A DNA stretch of 64,000 nt from Podarcis cretensis (lineage: Eukaryota). This document shows positions 25,721 to 39,195 of this stretch, in pieces. A program made the position numbers and the translations under genes. The stretch covers positions 25,668,001 through 25,732,000 of the forward strand of contig OX638161.1 of the NCBI GenBank assembly GCA_951804945.1, in the 5' to 3' direction. Numbering within the stretch: position 1 is the first letter of the stretch; every line of letters begins with the position of its first letter. A model generated the notes under the pieces. That model made no database searches. It was not told where the DNA came from and saw only the letters and a program-made list of their open reading frames with translations.

Positions 25721-28598
25721 TGTTTTGTATATCCATTGCAGAAAGACCTTGAGCTGCACACCCTGGACAACAGCTAAAGTATTTATAGAGTGCCTCTCAT
25801 ATTTTTTAAAAAATACCAAGGTGGTGTAAAAGTAATACGCAAGTACAATAAAACATAAAATGCCATAAAATGGATGCTCTTGTAGGAAAGCTTTCTGATT
25901 GTGCATTTCTTCTTCAAGTTGTGGGATGGTTGCTGCTTGTTGGTATAAGAGATGCTGATACAATTCAATCCTCTTTAGCAGGAACTATCACTGGGTCTGA
26001 GCTTGGCCCTCCCAAACAATAAACGAAAGCTAAGACGTCATCAAATTGATGGCGGAAGTGGCACAAGGTTTGAAGCAAGTCTCTACCTCCCCGCCCCTTG
26101 CTGACTTCCATTTTCCCTCCTTCGCATGGGGAGGCTCCCTGTAACATAATTTGAGGACTTGTACAATTGAAATAAACATTTTTGTACTTGCAAATGCAGT
26201 TCAAGATCTTTCGCTTTAAAAAAACCCCAGCCATTTCTGTTCTCCATGTACGTATGTTGGAGGAGCTGTGTTTTATAGAGTATGCTGGCATTTTATTTCC
26301 TGCTTTCTTTGTTGCATTCCTTGAACAGTCAGGCAGGGGACTTCAGCATTGTGGTAGGCACAACGAGGGGAGATTTAGGAGGAAGCAAAGAGGCCTTGAA
26401 AGCAAATTATCTTTTGTGAAACGGTATCATGAATAGGAGAGTTGAAAATGGAAGAATTAAGGCTAGTTCGCCTGATACTGTTTTTGCCAGGATATCATGT
26501 GAATCCTGCCTATGCATTTCTTACATGGGACTTACCTACACATCTGTTTTGCTACATGCAGAATGAAATAGATAGGGGAAGATATCACCCTAGTCTCTCA
26601 CTCTAGACTCTTAATGGGCAGAGCCAAGGTGGATAGTAATTCCTCAGGCTGCCCACAGCTGTGACCCATTCAGCTGTCCTCTCCACACCCAGTTCTAGGT
26701 ACAGCAAGTTTGTTGAGTTTCCCAGGAGGTCCAAAGGATGGGGAACAGGGGGTCCCTCCACTCACTGCTCTTTCTTCACTCTCTGTCCTCTCCTCCTTGA
26801 AGTATTGTAACTGTGGATTGGATGGGGAACCTGTGGACCTTCAGATGCTGTTGGACTCTCATCAGCCCAAGTCAGCATGGTCAGTGGGCATGGATGATGA
26901 GAGTTGTCATCCAATATCATCAGGAGAGGTCACAAGTTCAACATTCCTGCTATAGATTGGAGAAGGAATTGGAAGACCAGGGGAGCATATTTCAGCACAC
27001 TCCCACCTTATTACCCTGTTGCCGAAAGCTTGTGCTTTTTACAATTTCAGGGATATTTTAGGAGCCCCTTTGTGTTCTGAATAGCAAATCAGTCTGCCTG
27101 TGCTGCTGGACTGTGGTCTGTACTCATGGCCAGTTGCTTGGTCTGATATGTGTGTCTTCGGATTCTCATGCCCTTCATTTGCAGGAGCCCCTTGCATGCG
27201 TGTTGGAAGGTGATGTCTTATTTTAAAGCTGCATCTGCTTCTTTTCTCCCAGTGTTTTCTTTACCGTATGGGCTGTGTCAAGGTGGAAATGATTTTGACT
27301 GTTTTGTCATGTTAATGCTGCCTCTGAGGGTGTAGCATCAACATCCTTCCTGAGCTATATCATGAGCGCTTGCGCAAGTTAAGTTTCCATTCAGTCTTAG
27401 CCAGCAAGTTACAGGGGAAATGATTAAGTTGTGAATTCCAGCTAAAAAGATGAAGAGCTAAAAAGATGTTTTAGGGGAAACAATTTATAAAAGAAATTAA
27501 ATAATAAACAAATGTGTACAAATGTTCTAAGTCATGCATGCTTTGTTTGAAATAAAGCGTGCTGGGGGAAAAGGGTGTCAAAAGTCCCTTTTGTGGGGTT
27601 CACCCAAGGTGCAGAAGTAGCAAGTTATTTGCATTTGGGGGATATAAAATTATCTTGTTCCTCTTCAGATCTTTCTGCAAGGTCAATCTAGTCAAATAAA
27701 TCAGAGCTGTGTATGTTCTGTACAAGCACAGAACTTGGTATAAGACAAGATTATGCTGTACCTTTAGAACCTGGCTTCTTGATCATATTGAAATAAAAAG
27801 AAATAATAAAAGCCCTTTTCTAGCCATTATGGCAGAGTATTCTTGGAAGTGTGTGGGCGAACCCTGCTGAAATCTCGGAAGCCAGTGAGGATTGCTAATG
27901 AGATTTCTATTATTTGTAGCTGGGTCCTCCATGTTCTTTGCCACGTACAGCTAGCAAAAGCAGAATAAATTGGACAGAGCAATCACATTTCATAATAAAT
28001 CATTCATAATAGGATATTACGATGATTTGCCTAAGTTCTGATTCAGCTTGCAGAATTCTGGTTCAAATTTTTAGGCCCTGGTGTTGGGTATAAGCACCCT
28101 AAAATCCACATATTTCTTAAAGCGATCTTAAATCTTTTTTAGTATTTAAACTTTTGTATGTTTTAAAGTAGGGTTTAAATTTTTCTTGACTTTACTGTTT
28201 CATCTTTCATGCTTTGAGGTTTCTTTTTCCAATCAAGCAGTATATACATTTTATTAAATAAGTAAGTAAATAAAGCAAAGGTTTAGACCCCACTGGTCAT
28301 GAAACTAGGCAGGAAAAATACATAGGAAATGCCTGCTGAAATCACAGAAAATGGAATAGGGGCTGGGAGGCTTTCCAGGACTGAGCTTCAGTGCCCTCCA
28401 TAACTCTTGCTATTCCCCATTAGTAACAGAAGCAGAATAAATTACAGTATAAGTAGGTAGGCGCTTTAGTTTGCTTAATCATAACCCACTGACACTTAAC
28501 TTTGTTTAGTGTAGAACATGGTTTGCTTTATGGCAGAATTTTGATATTTTGTTATCTTCTCCCTAAGGTTCATAGTATACATAGCCCAGTGTATATAG

Positions 28599-28726
28599 CA
28601 GTGTTTCCCAAACTTGAGTCTCCAGTTGGACTACAATTCCCATCATCCCCAACCACTGGTCCAGCTAGGTAGGGTGATGGGAATTGTAGTCCAACAAGAG
28701 CTGGAGACCCAAGTTTGAGGAAGCTG
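28599..28726. mobile_element. Palindromic hAT MITE, related subfamily
   Basis: Shares the ACTACAATTCCCATCAT/GATGGGAATTGTAGT core with 11274 and 20570; near-TSD GTATATAG/GTATATAT. Confidence 0.8.
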
Positions 28727-29207
28727 GTATATATCATCCAGTTCTTGGCCAGACAACCTCTTGCCTTTCTTCCAACTTCTATGTACATGTTCGCTTCTCT
28801 CTATTGAGCCTGGAGCATCTTTGCTGAGGCTGATAGCATGCACTAGAGTACAGAGCAGCTGCATAGTTGCATGGTGGGATTTAAAGGGGGGAGGGGAGAC
28901 TCACTATTCAGAAGTCTGCAGAGGCTTGAATGGGAATGTTTCCCACCATATTTCTTTGGAGCTTAACTTGCAGTTTTTATGCCCAGCTTGGAAGGTCTGT
29001 GTTTCGCAAGCATCATGTCGCTCTCCCTCTGTTGGCTTTGTGGAGATGCCTTGCTCACCTTTTCTTCACATCCTCCTAGAGCCTTCTCTTCTTTCATTTT
29101 TTCCTCCTTTGGTATTTCTTTGCTTCTCTCCATCCATCTCCTGGTTCCTCATCCCCCTGCATGCCACTAACTAGTTTCATTAGATGTTAATTGATTTGTG
29201 AATTCAG

Positions 29208-29311
29208 GCTGAATTGCATCATCAGCAGATGGCGGATCCCGACCTGTTGGAGGAGTCTTCGTCTCTGCTGGAGCCGAGTGAACTGGGAAGAGGAACCCCA
29301 CTACGGTTAGG
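29208..29311 (+). CDS. ATP6V0A1: ATP6V0A1 coding exon 5 with alternative acceptors (29208 adds AELHHQQ; 29229 is the short form)
   Basis: (AELHHQQ)MADPDLLEESSSLLEPSELGRGTPLRL(G); acceptors TTCAG|GCT and CAGCAG|ATG; donor AGG|GTACGT. Confidence 0.95.
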
Positions 29312-30892
29312 GTACGTGCAACTTTCACTTTTCAGCAGTGTCGGTTGTGTTCTGTAGGATCTCTTCTGCGCATCAGTCATGATTGGTTAAGGCTGTAGGA
29401 CTTGGGTTTGCATTCTTCCATACTATTCTTGATTCCTTGGAGGAGAGCAAGCTATTTCTTGGTGTTCATATTATTTAGCTGAATCTGAATTAAGTTGCTC
29501 AGTATTAGATCTGATTGAACAGCATGCATCTCGTGCCAGATTGTTGACAGAAAAGCAGTTAACTGACAGCAGTTCCACTTTTATGTTTTTGGAAATGTAA
29601 AGAACCAAATAAATATTGGCCCCAGGCTGTGCAGATAATATAGAATTTCTGTAGCTTATCAGTTTTCACTCTTCACTCTATCTCCTTGTAGTGCTGCTTT
29701 GATATTTGGATAGCCTTGACAGCTGCTATGGATGCCTTTTATGTGCACCAACAATTGATAAACAGAGTTCTAGATTTACACAATAGTGGATTTTGTTCAG
29801 ATTCTGAAAGGCTGACATGGAAATAATGATTTTCAGTTAAAGATCTACTAAATTTGTCCTTCTCTTAGCATGCAAAATTCAGGCAAAATGACAATCCTAT
29901 GTGTTTTTCTGTCTGCATGAATTTTGCTCAGCTTCCATTCTCATGTTTGATTTCATGTAGTATTGTACTTGATACTCACTTGTTTTATTTTCTGTGGTGC
30001 ATCTTAGTTTTTTTATATAATTGCTTAATCATTGTTAAATGGACCATTTTAACAAATAGTGTCCTGCAGCAAATTCCCACCTCTTTGAGAATGTAACTTC
30101 TTTAGGTTTTATTTCCATATCATTTGCTAATTTTTGCCTCATCTCAGATTTTAATGCCAATCACGCTTTGAACTAACTATCTAGAACCCATAATGGTTTG
30201 AGGTTCCGAACATACAGCAGGTATACTATGTGGTGTGTAGAGTGCTTGGCTGCTTTTGTTTTTCCTTTGTCTCAACACTCAGTGCCATAAGATTATGCCT
30301 CTCTCCTTGGTGTAGCAGTCTTTGGGAGTAGACTGTAACCTATAGCTGGTCAATTCAGACACCACATCGCATATCATGATTCACAAATCCACCTCAAAGC
30401 ACGGTTCCCCATCCTGTTTTGCTGGTCAATTATGAAACAAGGGTTGCCAGTTTATATGTCATGCCAAACCATAGTTCTGCTTCCTTAGCCACAGTGTGTC
30501 ATGCCTTTCTATAGGCACAGCACAAAAGAGCAAAAGTGGCTTCATAATCATCATAATAATAATGCTCCCAACAGAATATTAAAAATAGAATCAAACATTA
30601 AAAACTTTCCTAAACAGGGCTGCCTTCAGATGTTTTCTAAAAGTCAGGTAGTTCTTAATGCTGGAAGAAACAGAGTTTGAATCCTACCTCCTTCTTTTTT
30701 TTTTACTAAAATTGCATAGACAGTGGCTTGTTTCCCTTTCACATTCACCAAACCGTTCATGTTGGGTCCCTCTCTTGCTTTCTGTTGCCTTTACAGTATC
30801 TGTCTGTGTGTCTTCCAGGCCCTGCACTGAACAGAACATTGCTGAATGCATACTAATTTCTTTTATTTTTGTGTGACTTCCATTGTGTTCAG

Positions 30893-31019
30893 ATTTGTGG
30901 CTGGTGTGATCAATCGTGAGCGGATCCCTACCTTTGAGCGGATGCTGTGGAGGGTGTGTCGTGGAAATGTCTTCTTGCGTCAGGCTGAAATTGAAAATCC
31001 GCTGGAGGACCCTGTGACG
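30893..31019 (+). CDS. ATP6V0A1: ATP6V0A1 coding exon 6
   Basis: [42 protein letters not shown]; 127 nt. Confidence 0.96.
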
Positions 31020-31591
31020 GTATAAGGACTGCTTTTGCAGCCACAGGCTGCTGAGGGCTGTCAAGATGAAAGCTTGCAGCCTAACTTCTTACAGTGTGTT
31101 CTTCCTAACAAAAGCTTGACTTCTGTTGTGGATCAGGGAGAAGTCATATTTTAATTGGATCTGAAATATAACTGCTTGCTTGCTTTGAAGCCATTGATAA
31201 TGCCCTCATTATGTGGAGGTGTAGGATCGTGAAATTTTAAAAGTGGCCTTTTCTTTTGACAGCTTAACAATTCACTTATTGAAGTTACCTTTTATCTCAG
31301 TGTCCTCAAATACATCCTCAAAAGAGTTTTATGTCAATATCCTTAAAAAGATATTAAGCTAGATGAATGAGCTCAAAAACCAAATGCTCTCTAAATATTG
31401 GATAGACTTGATTTAAATACATGTTTGCATATTCTAATGTTGGTGTCCTATAATAATTAAATTTGTCACATGTTTTAAAATGTAAACAAAACGGATCCTG
31501 AAACGCACTGTTAAATGACACAGATGGATCTGTTTTTGTTAACTTAAACAACTAACAGTATCAACAGGGTTAGTAGTGAGGACAAATAATG

Positions 31592-31625
31592 GTACCCAGC
31601 CAGATGGGCGGGGTAGAAATAAAAA

Positions 31626-31668
<43 letters not shown>
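31592..31668 (+). repeat. Retroposon 3' tail with (ATT)n microsatellite
   Basis: CCCAGCCAGATGGGCGGGGTAGAAATAAAAA followed by ~14 ATT units, typical of a LINE/SINE 3' end; family not certain. Confidence 0.55.
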
Positions 31669-31669
<1 letters not shown>

Positions 31670-31927
31670 AGTGGTGTCCCGCAAGACAAACGCCTCGCAA
31701 GACGGAAAACCCGCTAGACGAAAGGGTTTTCCGTTTTGGAGGCGCTTCGCAAAACGAATTTCCCTATGGGCTTGCTTCGCAAGACAAAAATGTCTTGCGA
31801 GTTCCTGTTTTCCGTTTTGGAGGCGCTTCGCAAAACGAATTTCCCTATGTGCTTGCTTCGCAAGACGAAAATGTCTTGCGAGTTCCTGCGGGGTTTTTTC
31901 CCTTTTTTCCCCCTTTTCCTAAGCCCT
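31669..31927. mobile_element. Truncated Tc1/mariner MITE (family of 23458-23781) with internal 81-bp tandem duplication
   Basis: Left TIR TA|CAGTGGTGTCCCGCAAGAC; duplicated unit starting at 31726 and 31807; right TIR missing. Confidence 0.8.
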
Positions 31928-33072
31928 AAGGTAGTAAGTAGTATGGAGCTTGAATAATGCCAGCTACTCTAGAATTTGGGCTCAGGGGTTACCCTAAGTC
32001 TCGGGAAATGCTTCCAGGCAGGCTTGACTCTTGGGTGTCTTGTTTGAGAAACCAAACACCAGTTACAATGAAGGTGAAATTAGGATTTGTGAAAAGTTCA
32101 GATGGGTGCGTGAGAGGCAGAAAAGAGGTCTCTCTTCCCTCCACAACACAGTTTGAAGCCCCTAGTCAAGGTTTATTTTGTTCCTATCACCTGTCTACTA
32201 ATGTCCAAGATAAGCAAATCTTTTCATTTTTCCTTCATTTGCATGTCTGTATATGCTGCAGAAACCAGCTGTTTGTGGGGTGGGATATATATTTTTAAAG
32301 CACAGTCCCAGCTTAGGATTCAGAATGTCTTTGTCTTAGAGAAGGCAGTCGGAATCATAGCAATCAGCTGCCTTCATCCTTAGCAGAGGAAAGTGTAACA
32401 GACAACAAGGTTGCACCCACCCAATGCCCCTATTCTCATCAAGGCTGCACAAAAGTTTCCTAATGGAGGTAGCCCGGTGTCTTGTTCTTGAACAAATGCA
32501 GGAAGGGGGGGAAGTCGCTATCTGAGCCCAGCCAGCTGCCTGAAGAATGCACTGCTGGCCTCCCCGGAGAGTTCAAGGGTTTGGACTCTAAAGTCCACCA
32601 CATACATCAGTTCCGTTCCATTCACTCCTTTTCCTTCTGCTTGTTTACTGCAGATCACGTCCTTGTTCAGCTGCTAGACTTATCTGCCTGGGTTCTCTGG
32701 TTACATTGCAATTCCTCTTTATACCAGCCAAACTTAATTAGATAGGGTTATTAATCTCTGCTTCTCCTCCTCACCTGCCCCCCTCAATTATTCTGCAAAA
32801 CCACAATGAGTTTACTCGATAGCCTCTCCCTGGAACACGTATGAGAGCCTTGCAGGGTCTGAGGTGGAACTGGATACATTTTGAAAGGCTCCCTAATGCT
32901 ACAGATGTTGGCAGGCTGCTGGGTCTGGGGGTGTGTGTGTGTGTGTGTGTAGTTGAGACCCAGGAAATGGCTCCATATTAGTGTTAAAGGTTTTGAAGAC
33001 CTAACCCCAGAAGCTTATTCTGCTGTTTTTTGAAGGCTTCTCTCTGCATTGGTTTCCCCCCTTCTCTTCTAG

Positions 33073-33155
33073 GGGGACTATGTGCACAAGTCGGTGTTCA
33101 TTATTTTCTTCCAAGGTGACCAGCTGAAAAACCGAGTCAAGAAGATCTGTGAAGG
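33073..33155 (+). CDS. ATP6V0A1: ATP6V0A1 coding exon 7
   Basis: GDYVHKSVFIIFFQGDQLKNRVKKICE(G); 83 nt. Confidence 0.96.
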
Positions 33156-33299
33156 GTAAGCAAGTTGGAAATACGGGAGGTTCTTGGAGTTCAAGCAGCT
33201 CATTCCAAATTCATGTAGCGCTGGCTTTCAAGTGGTGATCACTCCATCATATTAGCTGTGTTGTCACTTTGTCACTGAAGCAGACTGTGTGCCTTTCAG

Positions 33300-33393
33300 A
33301 TTCCGGGCTTCTCTCTACCCCTGTCCAGAAACTCCACAGGAAAGGAAGGAAATGGCTGCTGGAGTCAACACCAGGATCGATGACCTTCAGATG
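33300..33393 (+). CDS. ATP6V0A1: ATP6V0A1 coding exon 8
   Basis: FRASLYPCPETPQERKEMAAGVNTRIDDLQM; 94 nt. Confidence 0.96.
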
Positions 33394-35564
33394 GTATGAA
33401 TGATGCGGGGGTGGGGAACGATCAGATTTTTCCCCCCTTGGTGCTCCTCCTGAGCTCTGAATTGTTCTCTGTTGTGGTTGGTTTGCTACCCTCAGGGAAG
33501 TTTATCTTCAATTATATACTCTAATAGGGGGTGTGGTGTTCATTGATCTAAGTGGACAGATAATTTGGCTGTGAAAGCTAACTGCCAGGTGTCCCTCGAA
33601 TCAGGTGTTGGTTCTGGTCCAAACCCACTCCCTCCTAAGGCTATAACTATTTTCTTAATGAAGTATTTTTAGGCCGTATCTCAGGGTAGACACCCTCACA
33701 AGGCTGCTTACAATGGTAAACAATAATAAAAATAGATAAAATAAAAACAACTATTTAAGGAGCTCCAGGTAATAGTATACATGATTCAAAATAATTTCAA
33801 TTTCAGCACTGTAATACCACCAACAGGAAAAAATCAAGGTGGTATAGATAGTTTTTAAAAATCCTGCATAAAAACGTTAATACCTATCTTAGTGGGTAAA
33901 AAATGCATAGAGGTGCAGCCACTGAAAATGCTGTTGTGTGCCTGCCCAACCTACTTGATCTCAATACACAGGCAAGATCATGTGGATGAAGAAGGTCCTT
34001 TAGGTAACCTGGTCCCAATACTTTTCCAGTGTACCTTATGACACCTGACTAAGCTTCCCTGAATGAGACATCCTTTATTTCAATCTGCTTCCCTGGCTGG
34101 GTATGCAACTTTGGTAGCCTTTGTAGACTATCTCCTCCTGGGAATTGGCAGGGCGAATTTCTACTTGCTGATTCTCTTAGACCTTGGAGGTTTTTGGCAC
34201 TGTAAGCTACCACATCTCATTACTTGATTTGGAGCTTCTAGTGGGCGTTCAATGCCAGCCTTGAGTTGCTTTTGGTTTCTCTGGATGATTTCAGAAAGTA
34301 ACCTTCAAAGAATGCCAAGCCATCTGCTTACTGGGTATTTTGCGTTCAGGGGCTGCATTTGTCTCTAGCCATTAACTCTACTAGCTAGCTTCTTGGCCCA
34401 ATTCAAGGAGCTAACTTAACCTGAGATATCCTAGTCTTGCGGAGCCCCTCTTCTGCCTCGACATATTTTTCTTTAGCAAAGGCCCTACTGAAGATCCTGA
34501 CATAGTACGTACTGGCATAGTACGTTGGGCTCACCATTGCCCTGAGGCAATGGGCTGCACTTCTTGTGGAGGTAACAAATGCAGCTCTGTTCAGCCCCCT
34601 GTAAAGCACTAATTGTGGTCATTTGTTGGTTTTTGGGTACTGTCAGAAGTTGGCCTTGCTATAGCTTCCAGAGTGGTTATATTGTTTTAGTCTTTTTAAT
34701 AGACTTATTCTGTCTATATGGTCATTTTTCAGATGTAAAGTTTTGAAGCAATCTGGTCTTTTTCACAAGAAATCTGCCAAAGTTGAGAAACTCCCCACGC
34801 AGTCTCTCTCTCTCCCTCCCATACTGCATTTTTTCTACCAAATGCCAGCAGAGGTGGGGCAGGGGTGAACATTCTCTTACTGGGAATGCAAGCAATTTGT
34901 TCTTTTGGCATACTCGGCAGGGATGCTGTGGAATATGTAGCATATGTAACTGCAACAACATGGTTGGAATTGCAGAGCTCGTGAGCAGGGGGTGGTCCTG
35001 TCCACCCCCATTTTTCAGTCTTCCTCACCACTGCGTAGTTATCATTCCCTCCCTCTGCCTTCAGCTAAACATCTTGTTGTTCTTGGGCTGGAAGGGATTT
35101 CTGGGATTGTACCATGGAGGCATGGACATGGTTGTCTGCTGTACAACAAAAAACATCTGGGGGAGGCTGGGGGAGGGAAGATATAAAGTTTGTAGCCTGT
35201 ATGGCTGCAAAAATAGGATCTGAAAATATGTGAAGTCTCAAGCTGGAGTGGGTTAAGTAAAATTTCCATAGATGATAGGGTAGAGAATGTTGAATGCCCC
35301 ATTTGAGTCTCATCTTTCCTTGGTTAATCGAAAGCAGAATAAACATTGCACGTTAAGACTATGGGTAATTGCATTTATTTTAATTGGAGCACGTAATTCC
35401 CTGTTTTCTGGATGCAAAATCCATAGTATGCACAACAACAGTCTTTGTTCCAGGCTTCCTGTATCTTCGGTTACAGCAGAATTCTCAGAATTAGACAGTG
35501 TTGGAATGCAGTTCAGCATCTCTTGAGCCTGGCCTCATGTGACACGGTCCCTCTTCCCCTTCAG

Positions 35565-35777
35565 GTGCTGAACCAAACCGAGGATCACCGACAGAGGGTC
35601 CTGCAGGCTGCTGCCAAGAACGTCCGTGTCTGGTTCATAAAGGTGCGCAAGATGAAGGCCATCTACCACACCCTGAACCTCTGCAACATTGATGTGACCC
35701 AGAAATGTCTCATTGCCGAAGTCTGGTGTCCCGTTGCTGATCTTGACTCCATCCAGTTCGCTCTCAGGCGGGGCACG
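35565..35777 (+). CDS. ATP6V0A1: ATP6V0A1 coding exon 9
   Basis: [71 protein letters not shown]; 213 nt. Confidence 0.97.
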
Positions 35778-36701
35778 GTAAGTACAACTCATACCACTCT
35801 GGCTCTACTGCTATGCCCTGAAAACACTGCTGGTGCACACTTCCAGTGAAAGCATCTTTATAGGCAAAACATGGGGGGAATCCCATTGGTCTTGGAAGCA
35901 AAATCTGCTGCTTTCCCCAAAAGACTCTTGGTTTTTGGATACAGGTGTCCTGAGTCGAAACAGGCCTGCAGAATAGCCATGGCTAGTTTTGTGTGTGGAC
36001 ACAAAGTACTGCTCTGGCCTTGACAAACGTGCTTCTTCTCCAACCCTGATATTTGTGTGGATATTTCAGTGGCAATCTATTTATTTCCCTTTTTGTCTCC
36101 ACCCTCTAAACGGGAGAAGAGCACAGTGCACTCATTTGAAATCTGTCTGATTTTGAAAACAAACACGGCCTTTGGCCCAGATTCCTCACTTCTTTCTGAA
36201 GGGAAGAGACTTGCCTAGAATTTTTAGCCTATAACAAAGATACACCCACAGCTTGGATCCCCTTTCTGACTCTGTAGCGTTAGGCCAACTGAATTCTTCT
36301 AGTTCTGGACTCGTTTGGATGGTGACGAGTGGATCTTTTCCACTGGGTTTTAAAAGCTTGTCTGACGCGACGTTTGTTTTCACATAATGCACAGGACATT
36401 TTAATACATGCACACCTTCCTGCCTTAAGGCATTTGACTGGGAGAGGGACTGGAATATATTAATTGATTTGCTGTTAGAGGCTCAGAAGCTAATCCAGTC
36501 CAATCTCTCTTGCCTTTGGAAACATGCCTGATCATGTAATTTGCATCCGTCGGAAACAAAATGCAGCTGTGCAGGGAGCCTGCAGAGTGGCAACCTACAA
36601 GAGCTTTCTAAATGATTAGGAATAGTGTTGATAAGTTGATCTTGGTTTCTGCTCCACAACAAGCTAATCTCTCTAACCTCCAGTGTGTTTGTGTGTAACA
36701 G

Positions 36702-36852
36702 GAGCACAGCGGATCCACTGTCCCCTCCATCCTGAATAGGATGCAGACCAACCAGACGCCACCCACATACAACAAGACAAACAAGTTCACCGCTGGGTTT
36801 CAGAACATCGTAGATGCCTATGGCATTGGAACCTATCGTGAGATCAATCCAG
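36702..36852 (+). CDS. ATP6V0A1: ATP6V0A1 coding exon 10
   Basis: [50 protein letters not shown]; 151 nt. Confidence 0.96.
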
Positions 36853-38419
36853 GTAATGGCGTCTGGCCTACTAAAAGCAGCCTTTCCTTCTAGCACCTGA
36901 TAAATTGTTGAAGAAGCTTGATCTGTTTGTTCTCTCTGGCTTGTGCATCTGCATAACCCTATGTGGAGAGGAACTGATGTTGCTTGGGGTGGGGGAGGGT
37001 TGACTCTTAGCAAATATGACTGCAGCATAGATCTCTTCACCACCATCACCACCCTCAGAAACTAAACAGATTTATGAACATAGTGAACCAAATCCATATA
37101 GAACTAAGGAAGCCAAGGAGGCATGCATCTGGATGGGAGGCCGCCTCGAACCCCATGTAAACTGCTTCTCAGCTTCCTTCAGAGTGAGAATGGGAAGTAT
37201 AATGAATAATAAAAAAGACTCAAAACTTTACGGCATTTTAAGGTATGCTTGTCAATCTTCTTGAGGCATGTGTAGAATGTGATTAATAAATTAATAAATA
37301 AAATAGAAAGGGAGGTATCAGCAGGCTCATGGGAAAGTCGAGATTTGTAAAAGTAGGAAAAATATTTAGGGGATCCCCCTACCCCACAAAAAACATCCCA
37401 CAGTTAATTAAGGGCTGAGCATGCACAATAGGTACATAATGCTGGCTGGCAGGGTAGAACTGAGAATTGGAAAAGGATGTGGATGGCTGGAACCCTGAAT
37501 AGGAACACTTCACACTGCAGTATTTTGTTGTAGCTCTCACTTGCCATGTCTAACATTCATTGTTAAATGACATCTCCATGAATTTAGTAAATCCTTTCTT
37601 GGGGAAATAGGCAGTTGTGCTAGTTCATACAGGATACATTAGCATTTGAAAAATAATTAGGTTTGAAATACATTGTCTTATCCCAAGCTAGTTAATTTCC
37701 CTTACCTCAGAAGCAGAATTGCTCCTTTGCTAGCTTAACGCAGCATCTCCTTCATGAAAACTAAGCAACTTCTGTAGAGCAGAAGGACAAGGGTTGGGGG
37801 GGGGGGTTGGTCAGAGAGAAAGAAGGCTCTGTTAGAGAGGGATCTGAGCACCGAGAAGGGGAAATGAGTGAGCTGATATGTCGGCTTACTTTTTAATCCA
37901 ATTTAAATGAGTGTGAAGCTCATTTCCTTACACAAGGACTTCTGTGAAATATTGTAAAGCTGGATGAGTGGTGGCGTTTTTCTTCAGGGCAGCATAGGCT
38001 TGTGAAAGAGAGAACGTCTAGTCTTCCGAGTCAGTTGCGCAGAGTTCAGCAGAATGGCCAAGTAGCATCCTACAGCCCTGAGTGGTATGAAAAGAAGACG
38101 TAGTCGTAGCCTGAGCAGAACAACTTTATTAGGGCTATTTAGTTAGGTGCATTTAGCAGTCTACTACACAGTATAATATTATCCACTTTGATATATCTAA
38201 AGATATGGCTGATATTTGCCCAGATTTCAAGTATTCATTGCATTTACCGCCTAAACAAATTGCCAGTGAGACAGTGGTTTTTCAGAATGCACTAAGCCAG
38301 CTCATATAAGGAGTCCATAGGGCGAGCGGTCCAGAACTGGTCCTGGGACGGCTGCCTCTCCCAAGAGATGGGCTGTGTTGTCCATCATGCACTTACCTTC
38401 ACTTGCATCCCCCCCCCAG

Positions 38420-38559
38420 CTCCATACACTATCATCACCTTCCCGTTCCTGTTTGCTGTGATGTTTGGGGATGTCGGCCACGGAATTCTCATGACGTTGT
38501 TTGGTGTGTGGATGGTGATCCGGGAGAGCCGTATCCTGTCACAGAAGAGCGACAACGAG
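38420..38559 (+). CDS. ATP6V0A1: ATP6V0A1 coding exon 11
   Basis: [46 protein letters not shown]; 140 nt. Confidence 0.96.
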
Positions 38560-39195
38560 GTATTGACGGCAAACCCCCCCCCCCAAATTTGGGCAGGTTA
38601 TGGGGTTGGGAATGAAAGCGAAAGTGAAAGATCAGTCTCCAGCTCCTTGTGAAGTATTTGATTCAATCTTCAATATGAAGAATTCATTGTAATCTAGAGA
38701 ATAGCAAGAATTAGTGAGGTCCTTTCCCGGCAGAGTTGCGACTTTTGCAGCCTTTAATAAGTGTCCAGAGAACAGCTTCGCATGCTGCCATAAGGCTAGT
38801 AAGCTTTGAGAGGTACGAGAATTTGGTCTGGAGAATGGCAGGGGTGCAAATAAGCTTCACTTAATTTAGTCACAACTACTGGGAACTTGTTTGGCATTCA
38901 AATTTGAAGAAGGAAGCTTTGCACTTTCTGGTGTTTTTTTGTCTCCTTTCCCTGGGCAGAGCAGGCAGGCGTTTTCAGTAAGTCTCTGTCCGTCTGGATC
39001 AGACCTGTGGCCTCTCAAGCCCTGGAATAAGGTGGACAGAGATTTCCCTTGTCTTTGGTCACAGTGTCCTTCTCTGAGGGGTGACAGTGGTGGGGAGACA
39101 ACAATGTCTTGATTATGCAACTCGTATTTTTTATCTCTCTCTCTCCCCCCCCCCGCCTCCGCCCCCAAATTCTCCTCCTCTTGTTTACTGGCCAG

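Noticed and set aside
36483-37052. 189-aa minus-strand ORF
   Set aside because: Antisense to ATP6V0A1 coding exon 10 with no independent gene signals.
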